This document shows, piece after piece, positions 9,484 through 20,843 of a DNA stretch of 64,000 nucleotides; position 1 is the stretch's first letter, and the number at the start of each line of letters is the position of its first letter. A program made the position numbers and the translations under genes. The notes below the pieces were generated by a model. The model was not told the DNA's origin and ran no database searches. It saw only the letters and a program-made list of their open reading frames with translations. Where the stretch lies: positions 3,776,001 through 3,840,000 of the forward strand of contig CBDHHL010000032.1 in assembly GCA_965263355.1 (NCBI GenBank), given 5' to 3'. The stretch comes from Leptolyngbyaceae cyanobacterium (GTDB taxonomy: Bacteria > Cyanobacteriota > Cyanobacteriia > Phormidesmidales > Phormidesmidaceae).

Positions 9484-9547
9484 GGCAAAAGCGTTGCTTT
9501 AATCAGGTTCTACTCTAAAATTGACTACGCAGCGGATCAATAACACC

Positions 9548-9561
9548 GTAACAATTGATAC
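9548..9561 (+). promoter_or_regulatory. NtcA binding site upstream of glnB
   Basis: ccGTA-ACAATTGA-TACgg is a perfect GTA-N8-TAC, about 90 bp upstream of glnB, a known NtcA target. Confidence 0.8.
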
Positions 9562-9645
9562 GGTAGTTTGCGGCTGTAAACCGTTAAACATTGATATCGT
9601 ATATTGGCTCAATCTTTTGATTGGTCCGGTGTATGGAGTTTATAA

Positions 9646-9989
<344 letters not shown>

Positions 9990-9990
<1 letters not shown>

Positions 9991-11246
9991 TGTCGTCTGA
10001 CAAGCTATCGATTGACGATTTCCTGGCAGGGTATGGACGCTTTGGGGTCAATTTGGGGCTATCGCGCATTGAAGCGTTACTCAATTGTTTAGGTAATCCT
10101 CAAGCGCGGGTCCCGATTGTCCATGTTGCCGGTACCAATGGTAAGGGCTCAGTCTGCGCTTATCTAGCGTCTGTGTTGACGGCTGCCGGGTATCGAGTCG
10201 GTTGCTACACATCACCCCATTTATTAGCCTGGAATGAACGCATTTGTATCAATCAACAACCTATCTCTGATGAAGCCCTGTGGCAGCATCTGACGGCAGT
10301 AGTGGCTGCTATCGATACTGTCATAGAAACGCCAACTCAGTTTGAGGTGTTCACAGCAGCAGCCTGGTTATATTTTGCGGCGGCGGCTATTGATATTGCT
10401 GTTATTGAAGTTGGTTTGGGTGGGCGCTTAGATGCGACGAATGTGTGTCCTGTTCCTCTCGTGACCAGCGTCGTTTCCCTTAGTCGTGAGCATTGGCAGC
10501 GTTTGGGACCTACGATAGCGGATATTGCCAGAGAAAAGGCTGGTATTTTGAAGGCAGGGCGGCCTGTGGTGATCGGCCCCTTGCCAGCGGATGCTGAACG
10601 GGTAGTACGGCAGCGAGCGGTGGAATTGGGCTGTCCACTGTATGCCATAACACCTGCTCAATCGACTGAGTCAGGCCAGTGGCGTAGTGGCCTGGAAGAC
10701 TTGATTGAGTATGAGTCTGGCCTGCTTGGGGAGCATCAACGGGTAAATAGTGGGGTTGCGATCTCAATTCTCCAACTCCTTCAGCAGCAAGGTTGGCAAA
10801 TTTCAACTGCGGCCATTCAAAAGGGTATGGCCGAAACCCGTTGGCCAGGACGTCTGCAATGGCTTACCTGGCAAGGGCAACAACTTCTGATCGATGGTGC
10901 CCATAATCCAGCAGCGGCTCAAATGTTGCGTCGCTATGTAGATTCTCTCCCTCAACCTGTTACCTGGCTAATGGGAATGTTGGCCACCAAGGATCATGAG
11001 GATATCTTTCAAGCATTGTTACGCCCAGGCGACACAATACATCTAGTGCCTGTACCAGGCCACCAAACAGCAGCACCGGCAGAGCTAGCGCAGTTAGCCC
11101 AGCAGGTGTGTTTGAGTTTGGCAGGTTGTTATGACTATGAAACGTTGGCGGTCGGTCTGGCTGCCTTTGGTGAAGCAAAGGCAGCGACAAAAGTCCTTTG
11201 CGGTTCTCTATACCTAATTGGGGATTTTTTGTCTCATTTCAATTAG
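9990..11246 (+). CDS. folC: Folylpolyglutamate synthase/dihydrofolate synthase
   Basis: Motifs HVAGTNGKGS, YTSPHL, EVGLGGRLDATN, WPGR, DGAHN, GSLYLIG. The GTG start overlaps the glnB stop. Confidence 0.96.
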
Positions 11247-11286
11247 GCAGGTAAACTCTGCCCATTCTGTGGTGGGCTCACTGGGA

Positions 11287-12567
11287 CTAACGATTATTCC
11301 ATTCGTCTGCTGCGTCAGCGATGGCTTCATCCACGGTTTTGTCTTTTAGCATAGCCGCCTGCAGGTTGTCGTAGACTGCCTTTTGCAGCTTTTTAACATC
11401 TTCGAGCGCAGGAATAAGCACCTCTGCGTCGGCTAACTGGCTGGCACTGACAGCTCGGGCTACCTCAATGGGAGGGGCATCGGCGGGAGCCTCAGTTAGA
11501 GTGCTATCGACAGCGGCAGCTGTTGACGGCAATACATTGGCAGCCTGGGCAAACGATAGCTGGTTGTCATTATTAGTGACATACATGGCAAACTTTACTG
11601 CTGCATCAGGGGCATCTGTGGCACGGGGGATCACCAGGTTCATCGCCGCGACGTTTTTCTTGCCAGTTTTACCAGTAATTTGAGGGGCGGTTTTTGTAGC
11701 GGTGGCAATACTGGGGGCGTTATTGGCAATATTGTCGAGGGCCTCGGCTCCAGCGGCTAAAAAGACGGTTTCCCCTGACTGATATAGCTCGATGGCACGG
11801 CGGTGGCCTTGGGTTAACACCTCACGGGGTAACAAATCCTGCTGATAGAGATCGGTCCAATATTGAAAAACAGCTTTGCCCTCAGGGGTATTGAAGGCGG
11901 CTTTGCCGTTTTCATCTACCAGGGGTACACCCATTTGGATAAATGACTGTAGTACGTCGGCAGCGTCTTCAGGGACAAAGCTAATAAAAAATGCGTACTT
12001 GCCTGTTTTCTCTTTGATTTGTTTGGCCGCATCAGCGAGTTCGGCATAGGTGCTGGGGGGCCTGTTGATGTTTGCTTGGGCTAGTAGCTCTGTGTTGTAC
12101 AGGGTGACTCGAGTGGTCAGGTACCAGGGAAACCCAAAACTGGTGTCGTTGAGGGTGGTTGCTTGCCAAATTTTGGGCAGATAGACAGCTTGCTCTTCGG
12201 GACTGAGCTGTTCATCCAGCGATAACCAGGCATTACGACTGGCTAGCTGAGAGGCAAAGTCAGGGTTGAGGTTGACAACATCGGGGGCTGTTCCGGCGGA
12301 AACCGCTGTTAAAATTTTGCTCTGCATGTCGGCCCAGGGGATATCTACCCAAACCACATCCACATCTGGATTAGCGGCTTCAAAATCGGCAATCAGCTGG
12401 TCAAAATAGGCGGTAAATTTTGGCTGCAGTTGCATGGTCCAAAATTCGACTTCCTGTTTGCCAGACGGTTGGTTACCATCACCGCAACTTGCGATCGCAA
12501 CTAACAATCCACCAGCAGCCCAGGATGCCATCCGTGCTAAAACGTGCCGACGTTGAAACAGTTTCAT
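11287..12567 (-). CDS. ABC transporter sugar-binding lipoprotein
   Basis: Lipobox-like IASC; EFWTMQL, APDVVNLNP and PWY motifs of family-1 solute-binding proteins. Confidence 0.9.
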   Translation of the reverse strand: MKLFQRRHVLARMASWAAGGLLVAIASCGDGNQPSGKQEVEFWTMQLQPKFTAYFDQLIADFEAANPDVDVVWVDIPWADMQSKILTAVSAGTAPDVVNLNPDFASQLASRNAWLSLDEQLSPEEQAVYLPKIWQATTLNDTSFGFPWYLTTRVTLYNTELLAQANINRPPSTYAELADAAKQIKEKTGKYAFFISFVPEDAADVLQSFIQMGVPLVDENGKAAFNTPEGKAVFQYWTDLYQQDLLPREVLTQGHRRAIELYQSGETVFLAAGAEALDNIANNAPSIATATKTAPQITGKTGKKNVAAMNLVIPRATDAPDAAVKFAMYVTNNDNQLSFAQAANVLPSTAAAVDSTLTEAPADAPPIEVARAVSASQLADAEVLIPALEDVKKLQKAVYDNLQAAMLKDKTVDEAIADAADEWNNR

Positions 12568-13181
12568 GATGATTTTCTAGTGATCAAGGAATTTTTCTAT
12601 GGATATTTTTAGCCACTCTAGACCAAGACGGTCGTGAGTGGTGCGTTACTTGATAGGGGCTTTTGAGAAAAAAACCAACTTTTTTTAGAAATTGTGTGCT
12701 CAATTTAGTCAATTGCGTGTAATATCGCTCGTAAAAAATCACATTCTTTCTCAGGGCAGATATCCTTTATTCAGGTTAAAAATGTTGAATTAAAAATACT
12801 GATGTTCAAACCTAAGGTTGAATGGCTCTAGACATTTAAAGCAGTGAACAATCTGCAATCAGCTGTCTTGAATGGATGGTAAAAGCTAATCAAGCTCTGC
12901 CTTTCAGTTACAGAGACCTTTTGTAGCCTTTGTTTTTCTGCCTTGTGTAGGTGAGAAAGATTTCAAGTTAAATAAAGTACGTTTTGTTTCCTTTTTGGGG
13001 CAGTATTAACACCAAACTCTCTATCCTTTGATAATTGCTGGCTATTCCCGCATAAATTGTGTACGATGCGTTAGCAAAAAATAGGCCCAAGTTTTCGGCC
13101 TACTAGACCAAATCAGATTAGGCTCTATGCCTAGTTCAAATTGCTTTCCATAACCGGATAACTTTGTGACCGGATAATGCT

Positions 13182-14285
13182 GTGAACAGTTTAAAGTCGC
13201 TATTTTCAAGAAAATCCCCTGGCGTCGGTGTTGAACTTACGCCTGAACGCGTCAACGTAGCCCGCATAAGAAAACAGGGGCAGAAGTTAAAGTTAGAAAC
13301 TCTTGCGTCTGCTGAGATCCCAGAGGGCATTTTTGAAGAAGGTCAAATTATCGATACGGCGGCAATGGCTGAAGCCATCCGGTCTGCTTTAACGGAAAGC
13401 AAGCTAAGGGTAAAACGGGCTACAACCGCTGTCCCTGGTCGTGCGATTACGAGAGTCATTCCGGTGCCAGCCGAGTTGGACGATAACGAACTGCGTGAGA
13501 TGGTGCTTAACCAGGAAGCCAGTTTGTACCTACCCTTTCCTCGGGAAGAGGCTGATGTCGACTATCAGAAGTTGGGTTTCTTTGTGGATGAAGACGGCAT
13601 CGAAAAAGTGCAAGTGTTGCTGGTGGCTGTCAAAAAAGAAGTTACTGACGCCTACATGGAAACCTTCCAACAGGCTGGCCTCAATTTGGATGTGGTAGAA
13701 ACCAGCAGTTTTGCATTGATTCGTACCATTCGTGAACAGTTGCGACAGTTTACGCCTCAAGAGGCCGCTGCTATTGTTGATATTCAGTTTGAAAGTACAG
13801 AAATCTCCATTGTTGTCGATGGTATTCCCCATTTCTCAAGGACGGTTCCCATTGGTACATTTCAAATTCAAAGTGCGCTTAGTCGAGCAATGAATTTGCC
13901 CCCAACCCGCAATACGGAGCTACTTCAGGGAATGACGGTGCCAGCTACGCCAATGGATAGCATGGGCGCTCCGCAAATGGCGGGAGGAACGAATCCGGGT
14001 ACAGCAGCTATGCTCAGGGTCCTAGGAGAGCTTTCTGACGAACTGCGACGCTCCATCGACTTTTACCTAAATCAAGGCGAGGACATGGAAGTAGCTCAGC
14101 TGTTGTTAGCTGGTCCTGGTAGTGCAATCGGTCAGCTGGATGAGTTCTTTGCTCAGCGTTTGAGCCTGCCGGCTAGTCCAATTGACCCAATTGAGGCGTT
14201 ATCGCTAGAGATGAGTGATGATATTTCAGAGGCTCAGCGTCCTGGGTTGGCAACAGTTCTTGGCTTGGGTTTGCGGGAGGTTTAG
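13182..14285 (+). CDS. pilM: Type IV pilus assembly protein PilM
   Basis: Actin-like fold motifs (GVELTPE, YLPFPREEADVDYQ, ELRRSIDFY, LGLGLR); first gene of a pilMNOQ cluster. Confidence 0.95.
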   Translation: MNSLKSLFSRKSPGVGVELTPERVNVARIRKQGQKLKLETLASAEIPEGIFEEGQIIDTAAMAEAIRSALTESKLRVKRATTAVPGRAITRVIPVPAELDDNELREMVLNQEASLYLPFPREEADVDYQKLGFFVDEDGIEKVQVLLVAVKKEVTDAYMETFQQAGLNLDVVETSSFALIRTIREQLRQFTPQEAAAIVDIQFESTEISIVVDGIPHFSRTVPIGTFQIQSALSRAMNLPPTRNTELLQGMTVPATPMDSMGAPQMAGGTNPGTAAMLRVLGELSDELRRSIDFYLNQGEDMEVAQLLLAGPGSAIGQLDEFFAQRLSLPASPIDPIEALSLEMSDDISEAQRPGLATVLGLGLREV

Positions 14286-14288
14286 GCC

Positions 14289-15071
14289 ATGTATAGCATT
14301 GATATTAACTTTCTAAATGATCGAGAAGAACGCCCCGTTCTGGCTACACAGTCGTCGACAGTTGTACGACAGCCAACAGCTGATCGGACGCCAATAGCCA
14401 TTGGCCTGGGAGTTCTCATAGCGGCTCTGGCAGGTGTGGGCGGATTCTTTGGGTGGCTGAAATATGAAGAAGCCAACCTACAGCAGGAGCAAGCTGACTT
14501 GGATGCTCAGTTGATTGAATTGCAGGCCAAGCTGGATCAAGTTGAGCAAATCAAAGCTGAAACCGAAGCTGCTACTTCAGAGAGCCGCGCTTTGGCAGGG
14601 GTGTTTACTAAGATTCGCCCTTGGTCTGCCATTGTTAGTGATGTTCAAAATCGAATCCCCACCCGGACTCAGCTGTCACAAATTACCCAAACCGAAGGTA
14701 AACCTATTCCTGATGAACCGGGTGGGGAGCCTGTTGATCCGGAGGCAGGTGGTATTAGCATCGGTGGTTCTGCCTGTTCCTTTGACGATGTTAATGATTT
14801 TGTTCTGACCTTAAAAAACTCACCCTTTCTGGAAAGTGAGACCGTCAAACTAGAAACGTCTTCTCTGGGGGAAGAGGTATTAGGCCGTTGCCCAGGTGAC
14901 GCTCAGCGAGATGAACCTATGCAGCTGGTGAAATATACCATCGCTGGAAATATCAAAAATGTACCACTTGAACAATTTGATCGATTGCTGGCTGAGTTAG
15001 AAAATCAGCCAACATCTGTAGGTTTTTCCTCCAAGTTAAAAGCCCTTTTAGAGACAGGAGTGCTTGAGTAA
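14289..15071 (+). CDS. pilN: Type IV pilus assembly protein PilN
   Basis: MYSIDINFL, TM helix, coiled coil, PWSA, VNDFVLTL..SPF. Confidence 0.92.
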   Translation: MYSIDINFLNDREERPVLATQSSTVVRQPTADRTPIAIGLGVLIAALAGVGGFFGWLKYEEANLQQEQADLDAQLIELQAKLDQVEQIKAETEAATSESRALAGVFTKIRPWSAIVSDVQNRIPTRTQLSQITQTEGKPIPDEPGGEPVDPEAGGISIGGSACSFDDVNDFVLTLKNSPFLESETVKLETSSLGEEVLGRCPGDAQRDEPMQLVKYTIAGNIKNVPLEQFDRLLAELENQPTSVGFSSKLKALLETGVLE

Positions 15072-15886
15072 TGACATTAAGTGGAGATTTTATACCAGCT
15101 GAAGATGACTTATATGATGAGCCGACAAATCCTGTTGTCTTTGGTATTGAACTGACTCCCAGAATTTTGGGCATTTTGGCGGCATTGGCTGGCATTGGTC
15201 TGGCCATATTTTTGTTCCAAAGGTTTGTGCAGCCTGTGCGTCAAAGTAATCAAGCTCTTAAGGCAGACATTGAGGAGAAAAGAGACCAGCTGGCTAATCA
15301 GGCCCAGAGACTAGAGGAAATCTCCAAGCTTGAAGAGGCCCGAGATGCCGCTCTTGTTCAGCGTCGTAATGTTTATGCGTTGTTTGCAGATGACTCGTCT
15401 ATGGATACTCTGCTGTTGGATATTAATCAGCGGATAGAGAATAGTAATGCCACTATTGCGGAGCGGCGTAATCAAATTGCATCTCGCGGTATTCCGCCAA
15501 TTTTGGTGGAGGCACAACTGAAAAGTTTTGAACCTAGTGAAGAGGCTTTGGTTGACGATGACAGTTTAGGGGAAGAGGTGAATGGTCTGCTCAAACGTCA
15601 AACCTACAACGTGGACTTTGAGGGAGAATTTGCCCAGACTCAGTCGATTCTCGCTAATATTGAGCGTTTAGAGCCGTTACTATTGCTAAAAAACTTTTCC
15701 TTGTCATCAGCTGAAACAGTTAATGAAACTGTTCTCAATGCCCAAGGTCAGGTTGTACCGCAGCCCAAGGAACGCATAAATTCCAGATTTGAAATAGATG
15801 CCCTGATTCCGATTGGTGATCCCAGTGTGCCACCTGAAGTTGAGCCACCACCAGCACCTGAAGGTGAAGAGGCTGAGGGAGGTTAA
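15071..15886 (+). CDS. pilO: Type IV pilus assembly protein PilO
   Basis: VFGIELTP plus TM helix, TLLLDIN, G.F.QTQS...IERL.PLL; position in operon. Confidence 0.88.
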   Translation: MTLSGDFIPAEDDLYDEPTNPVVFGIELTPRILGILAALAGIGLAIFLFQRFVQPVRQSNQALKADIEEKRDQLANQAQRLEEISKLEEARDAALVQRRNVYALFADDSSMDTLLLDINQRIENSNATIAERRNQIASRGIPPILVEAQLKSFEPSEEALVDDDSLGEEVNGLLKRQTYNVDFEGEFAQTQSILANIERLEPLLLLKNFSLSSAETVNETVLNAQGQVVPQPKERINSRFEIDALIPIGDPSVPPEVEPPPAPEGEEAEGG

Positions 15887-15989
15887 GAGATGACGGCCTA
15901 ACTATGATTAGCATGTAGACTCTGTTCAACATTTCCGAGATTTCATCCCCAGGCATTGACGTACGCTAACTAAGATTAAGGAGTGAACT

Positions 15990-18077
15990 GTGAAACGCTT
16001 TTTCAAACTAGGAAGTTTAATTGCTGGCGGAGCCCTGAGCGTTCTCACAGCTCAGTCCGCTGAAGCCGCTGCTACAGCCATTCAAAACGTTGAACTTAAT
16101 TCAACGAAGACTGGCATAGAGCTGTTGCTTTCGACCAAAGGCGGCGATAGTCCGCAGATCTTTGCCGTTAATCGCGACAATGTTTTGCAGGCGGATATTA
16201 CCAATGCTCAGTTGGCGTTGCCTCACAGTAAAAATTACAGCAAGCAAAACCCTGCGCCTACTATCAAATCAATTGAGCTAGAGGCCCTTGGCAGCAATAC
16301 GGTGCGTCTGACCATCAAGGGCATCGATAAGGCTCCAATTGTTGATTTGCAAAAAGTAGATGGGCAGGGCCTTTTGGTTAGCCTGGATACTCGGCCTAAT
16401 GCTGTTTCTAAACCAAGTGAGATTCCTGACACAATTCAAACGGTCACTGATAGAACTCTGCTAGCAGATTATATTGCCCAGGCAGAGACGGATGCGCCCG
16501 AGACAGATGCTCCGGATGTACTAGTCCCTAATCCGGAAGTGATTATCGATGGCGAGCCAGTGGCAGCTCCCACATTGAATACTGCTCCGCCATTTTTACC
16601 GCAAGCTGTGGCACCTCCAGTGGGAGATATTGCGGTTTCTGAAGTGAATGCCGGCTTAGATGTAATTGACTTAGGGACAGCTGAGCGCGTGCCTCGTCTG
16701 GTCCTTAGGGATGCGACGGCTCGTGAAGCGCTCTCCTTGCTCGCCCGTGCTGCGGGGCTGAATCTTGCCTTTACTGAAGCTGGTGTAGAGGGGGAAGCTT
16801 CTGCTGCTAACACAAAGGTGACTCTGGATATTGAGGATGAGCCAGTCCAAAACGTCTTTAATTACGTTTTGCAAATTTCTGGATTAGAGGCTAATCGAGT
16901 TGGCAGAACGATTTTTGTTGGACCTCGATTACCTCAAGCGGCCCGTAATGTAACCATACGTAGCGTTCGTCTCAACCAGGTGGATGTGGCTACGGCGATT
17001 AATTTCTTGGTATTTATGGGGGCTGAGAGTGCATTTACCGATCAGCAGGAAATTACTGAAGTTGTGGCAACTACTGATGTCGGTGAGGTCGAGGAAGTTG
17101 AAAGGACTGAACTAGAAACCAATGTTGAAGTGCTGCGGGCTGAGTATGAAGATTCTTTACCGTTGCTACGGGGGTTAGAGGTGATTGGTGATGAACGAAC
17201 CAGCTCAGTGACTTTGGTCGGTACACCACGCCAGGTAGAAATTGCTACTTCTCAGCTTGTACAGCTAGATTTACGTCGTCGTCAGGTGGCTATCAATGTG
17301 CGGGTTATTGATGTGGATCTGAATGCAACAGAGGCTTTCAGTGCAGGGTTCTCATTTGGTGATGGCGAGCTAGCGACAGATAATATTGGTTTTAGGGAAG
17401 ATGGCTCTTTCGTAGGGAATGGGGCCTTTAACTTTTCTATCAATAGCTTACTGAGTATTCCCGAACAATTTCTTTTAGATATTGAAGCCTCTATCCAAAA
17501 TCGGAATGCAAAAATCATTACTGACCCTACGCTGATTGTTCAAGAGGGGCAAGATGCAGCTATATCATTGGTTGAGCAGGTTGTAAACAGTGTGACGGTG
17601 ACATTTACAGATACTGATGCAGGTACTCGTGAAACCCGGACGATTAACTTTGAAGATGTAGGTCTAAACTTGGCCATTAATATTGATCGTATTGATGATA
17701 ATGGTTTTGTTAATTTGGCTGTAGCACCGACGATCTCATCGCCGCTAGCTCCAATTACATTTGACGATGGTGGTTTTGTAACTCCGATTACAACACGGGC
17801 GCTCTCCTCTGGACTTATTCGAGTGCGTGATGGCCAGACCTTAGTGTTGTCCGGTATTATTCAGGAAACAGATCAAGTTTCAGTTGATAAAGTACCAATT
17901 TTGGGCGATCTACCAATTATTGGTGCACTCTTCCGTTCCACCAGTAATCAGGATGAGCGTCGTGAGTTGATTGTTCTGCTCACTCCACAAATTTTGGATG
18001 ATTCTGACGAAAGTATCTTTGGGTATAGCTATACACCTGGGGAAGATGTTCGAGAGCTATTAGGAGAAGAGGAGTAA
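15990..18077 (+). CDS. pilQ: Type IV pilus secretin PilQ with AMIN domain
   Basis: Signal peptide, AMIN domain, and secretin C-terminus (DGQTLVLSGII, KVPILGDLPIIGALFR, ELIVLLTP). Confidence 0.95.
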   Translation: MKRFFKLGSLIAGGALSVLTAQSAEAAATAIQNVELNSTKTGIELLLSTKGGDSPQIFAVNRDNVLQADITNAQLALPHSKNYSKQNPAPTIKSIELEALGSNTVRLTIKGIDKAPIVDLQKVDGQGLLVSLDTRPNAVSKPSEIPDTIQTVTDRTLLADYIAQAETDAPETDAPDVLVPNPEVIIDGEPVAAPTLNTAPPFLPQAVAPPVGDIAVSEVNAGLDVIDLGTAERVPRLVLRDATAREALSLLARAAGLNLAFTEAGVEGEASAANTKVTLDIEDEPVQNVFNYVLQISGLEANRVGRTIFVGPRLPQAARNVTIRSVRLNQVDVATAINFLVFMGAESAFTDQQEITEVVATTDVGEVEEVERTELETNVEVLRAEYEDSLPLLRGLEVIGDERTSSVTLVGTPRQVEIATSQLVQLDLRRRQVAINVRVIDVDLNATEAFSAGFSFGDGELATDNIGFREDGSFVGNGAFNFSINSLLSIPEQFLLDIEASIQNRNAKIITDPTLIVQEGQDAAISLVEQVVNSVTVTFTDTDAGTRETRTINFEDVGLNLAINIDRIDDNGFVNLAVAPTISSPLAPITFDDGGFVTPITTRALSSGLIRVRDGQTLVLSGIIQETDQVSVDKVPILGDLPIIGALFRSTSNQDERRELIVLLTPQILDDSDESIFGYSYTPGEDVRELLGEEE

Positions 18078-18102
18078 GTTCCGTTAGTCTCTGTAACAAT
18101 TG

Positions 18103-18150
18103 TAAAAACCTCTGGAAATTCTTCTGATAAGGGATTTTTAGAGGTTTTTA
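18103..18150 (+). terminator. Terminator of the pil operon
   Basis: TAAAAACCTCT...AGAGGTTTTTA inverted repeat. Confidence 0.65.
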
Positions 18151-18389
18151 AATGCTGAGCATATATTTTGTAAGGATGGATCCTATGAATTTTCCTAAAA
18201 ATCGCTGAAATCCATATAAATTCGATGTTTTATAGATCCATATTGGTAAAGTAGCCCTTAGAATAAGGCAGGTAAAACATGAGGCCTCAGGGGTTTCAGC
18301 GATCTGTTGAGATTTTCCTTATGTTTTTGGCTTGTTGTCCAACCATGGGCATGGTTCATTCATTGGTTTTAATCTGCGAGGAGACGAAG

Positions 18390-18668
18390 ATGAATAAAGG
18401 TGAACTTGTGGACAAGGTGTCTGAAAAGGCCTCGGTTACTAAGAAGCAGGCTGATGCAGTCATCTCTGCGGCAATTGAGTCCATTATGGAAGCTGTTTCC
18501 AGTGGTGAAAAGGTAACTCTGGTAGGGTTCGGTTCTTTTGAGCCCCGGCATCGCAAAGAGCGGGAAGGTCGTAATCCTAAGACTGGCGATACTATGGTGA
18601 TTCCAGCGACTACTGTGCCTGCTTTTTCAGCTGGTAAGTTATTTAAGGAAATGGTGGCTAAAAAGTAA
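18390..18668 (+). CDS. hup: Histone-like DNA-binding protein HU
   Basis: MNKGELVD...VTLVGFGSF...GRNPKTG...PAFSAGK; GAGGAG RBS before the ATG at 18390. Confidence 0.97.
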   Translation: MNKGELVDKVSEKASVTKKQADAVISAAIESIMEAVSSGEKVTLVGFGSFEPRHRKEREGRNPKTGDTMVIPATTVPAFSAGKLFKEMVAKK

Positions 18669-18867
18669 GCTACTACGGTGTACTTAGACAAATAGTGTCG
18701 CTACGACTCTTGAGTATTAGAGGTGTTCTGTCTTGGAAGTTTTCCATGGGAGCACTTCGTGGTGTGTCTAGAGGTAGCGACACTTCTTTGTATAGGGGAT
18801 GCGCTACTTTACTCATGAACGTTATGAAAGCAGCCCATCAATTGACTGCTCATAGCTTGGTGGCAAC

Positions 18868-20187
18868 ATGGCAAATTATGAGGCCGACTACGATTTAGTG
18901 ATTTTAGGGGGCAGTATGGGCAGTCGACTTGCTGCCTGCATGGCTGTTCAGAGAGGGGCTCGTGTTGCTCTTGTTGCCCCTAATTGGCAAGTTGATGACG
19001 CGACACGTTATACCTTACAGGGGCTTTGTAGTGCTCAGTGGCGCTTAGATCCGGTGTTAGATTGGTCTTTTTTGCAAGATTGGGTTCAGCATCAATGTAA
19101 ATATTCGGCTCTTTCTCCAGCCGTGCTTAACCATCAAGGAATTGATGTGATTCTTGAACCGGCTAGCTTTACCCGAGATCGACACCTAAAGCTAGAGAAT
19201 CGCTATCTAAAGGCTAGTCGTTATTTATTAACCGATGGTTACAACCCATCGTCTAACATTGCTGGTTATCCATGTCATCAGTTGGTACAGCTTGAGACAT
19301 TGCCTAATCGTATCGCTGTGATGGGTCATGGTGCAGCGGTTGTTGAGTGGGCCTATGCCCTCAGCTTTAGAGCGACGGTCATACTTATATTGTTAGATCC
19401 GGTACTGTTGCCAGCAGAAGATCAAGATATTCAACGGCTAGTCGAAGCTCAGCTACGGAGTTTAGGGATTGAGATAGCTTTTGGGCAGGATGATGCAGGC
19501 GCTGATGGCTCTCGGCTTGAGGGTGGGATCGCTGATGGGGAAACGCTACTGATGCATGTGCCTATGCCCTATGACTGGGCGAACCTATCTCTAGAGAACA
19601 TTGGTATTTCTTCAGGAACGCCGATTACAGTAAATCCATATCTGCAAACTCGCTGCCCTCACGTTTATGTCAGTGGTGGTAGTCAGGGAGGAGAGAATCG
19701 CCTTGAGTTGACCCTGCAAGAAACGTTAATTGCATTAGAAAACGCACTGTTTAGCCGACGGCATGTCATGCGCTACGGACAGGCGTTTTATTCACTTAAC
19801 CTCTTGTCTACCATCGGCCACTGGGGGGTAACAGAGCGCCAATCTAGGCGATGCTATGGTTGTGATGTGCAGGTGTTTCAGGCGTCTTGTTTACCACAGA
19901 TGGCCGCAAAGGTTGCCCAGACTAACTTTTGCAAACTGATTGCTCAGGGGCAACGCATCATTGGTCTGCATCTAATGGGAGACGGTGCTGCTGGCTTAGT
20001 AGCTGCACTGGGAAAAAGCCCTGATATCCAGACATTAAGTCGATTGGTAATGGCTAGGTTTCAACCTGGTACGTTGCAAGATGCTATTTATCAAGCGATC
20101 GCAAAATGGCAACAAACTCGTTGGCAAGAAGGCCAGTGGCGACGGGATTGGGCCGAAAATTGGTTTAATTTTCGCCGTTCCTTGTAA
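18868..20187 (+). CDS. Degenerate pyridine nucleotide-disulfide oxidoreductase-like protein (MerA/LpdA fold)
   Basis: YDLVILGG, LLPAED, VNPYLQT and C-terminal W.ENWFN.RR are present; the redox CxxxxC is absent. Confidence 0.75.
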   Translation: MANYEADYDLVILGGSMGSRLAACMAVQRGARVALVAPNWQVDDATRYTLQGLCSAQWRLDPVLDWSFLQDWVQHQCKYSALSPAVLNHQGIDVILEPASFTRDRHLKLENRYLKASRYLLTDGYNPSSNIAGYPCHQLVQLETLPNRIAVMGHGAAVVEWAYALSFRATVILILLDPVLLPAEDQDIQRLVEAQLRSLGIEIAFGQDDAGADGSRLEGGIADGETLLMHVPMPYDWANLSLENIGISSGTPITVNPYLQTRCPHVYVSGGSQGGENRLELTLQETLIALENALFSRRHVMRYGQAFYSLNLLSTIGHWGVTERQSRRCYGCDVQVFQASCLPQMAAKVAQTNFCKLIAQGQRIIGLHLMGDGAAGLVAALGKSPDIQTLSRLVMARFQPGTLQDAIYQAIAKWQQTRWQEGQWRRDWAENWFNFRRSL

Positions 20188-20212
20188 AGATGTTCCATGG
20201 AACATGTCTACA
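20183..20212. repeat. REP-like palindrome, copy 2
   Basis: TGTAAAGATGTTCCATGGAACATGTCTACA at a convergent junction, overlapping the upstream gene's stop. Confidence 0.65.
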
Positions 20213-20226
20213 GGGAGCGATAGGGA

Positions 20227-20820
20227 TTAAACCCTGGCCAGGGTAACCATTTCTGACTGGTCTTGATATTTACCCTGGCGAGTTTCATAGCTGACTTGGC
20301 AGGGTTCACCTTCTAAAAATAAGAGCTGGACCACGCCCTCGTTGGCATAGATACGACAGTCCGCACTAGAGGAGTTAGAAAATTCTAGGGTTAGATACCC
20401 CCGCCAGCCAGCTTCTGCTGGTGTCAGATTAGCAATAATGCCACAGCGGGCGTAGGTGCTTTTGCCAATACAAATAGTTGTAATGTTATCGGGAATAGCT
20501 AAGCGTTCTAGAGCTACACCTAAACCATAGGAATGGGCAGGCAAAATAAAATAACTGCCATAGTCATCGCTTTGTAATTGGGTGAGTTCCAGGTTGTCAG
20601 GATTAAAGTGCTTGGGGTCGATGACCGTACCTGGTACATGACGGAAAATCCGAAATTCTTTTGGTGATAGGCGAATATCGTAACCAAAGGAAGATAGCCC
20701 ATAGCTAATGACGGGTACGTTGACTCCATTGATGTCCATACGCCGCACTAATTTGGGCTCAAAGGGAGTAATCATACCCTCATGGGCCATGGTATTGATC
20801 CAAGCATCATTTTTGATCAT
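20227..20820 (-). CDS. dcd: dCTP deaminase
   Basis: MIKND.WI, ISYGLSSFGYDIRL, GKSTYARCG, TPAEAGWRG.LTLE, GKYQ.Q. Confidence 0.96.
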   Translation of the reverse strand: MIKNDAWINTMAHEGMITPFEPKLVRRMDINGVNVPVISYGLSSFGYDIRLSPKEFRIFRHVPGTVIDPKHFNPDNLELTQLQSDDYGSYFILPAHSYGLGVALERLAIPDNITTICIGKSTYARCGIIANLTPAEAGWRGYLTLEFSNSSSADCRIYANEGVVQLLFLEGEPCQVSYETRQGKYQDQSEMVTLARV

Positions 20821-20843
20821 TGCTTATGACTCACGATGATTAA

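Noticed and set aside
12568..13181. Long AT-rich pilM upstream region as an sRNA or small-ORF locus
   Set aside because: No convincing ORF, terminator or known motif; consistent with a divergent promoter region
18279..18389. N-terminal extension of HU
   Set aside because: The canonical MNKGELVD start with a GAGGAG RBS is at 18390
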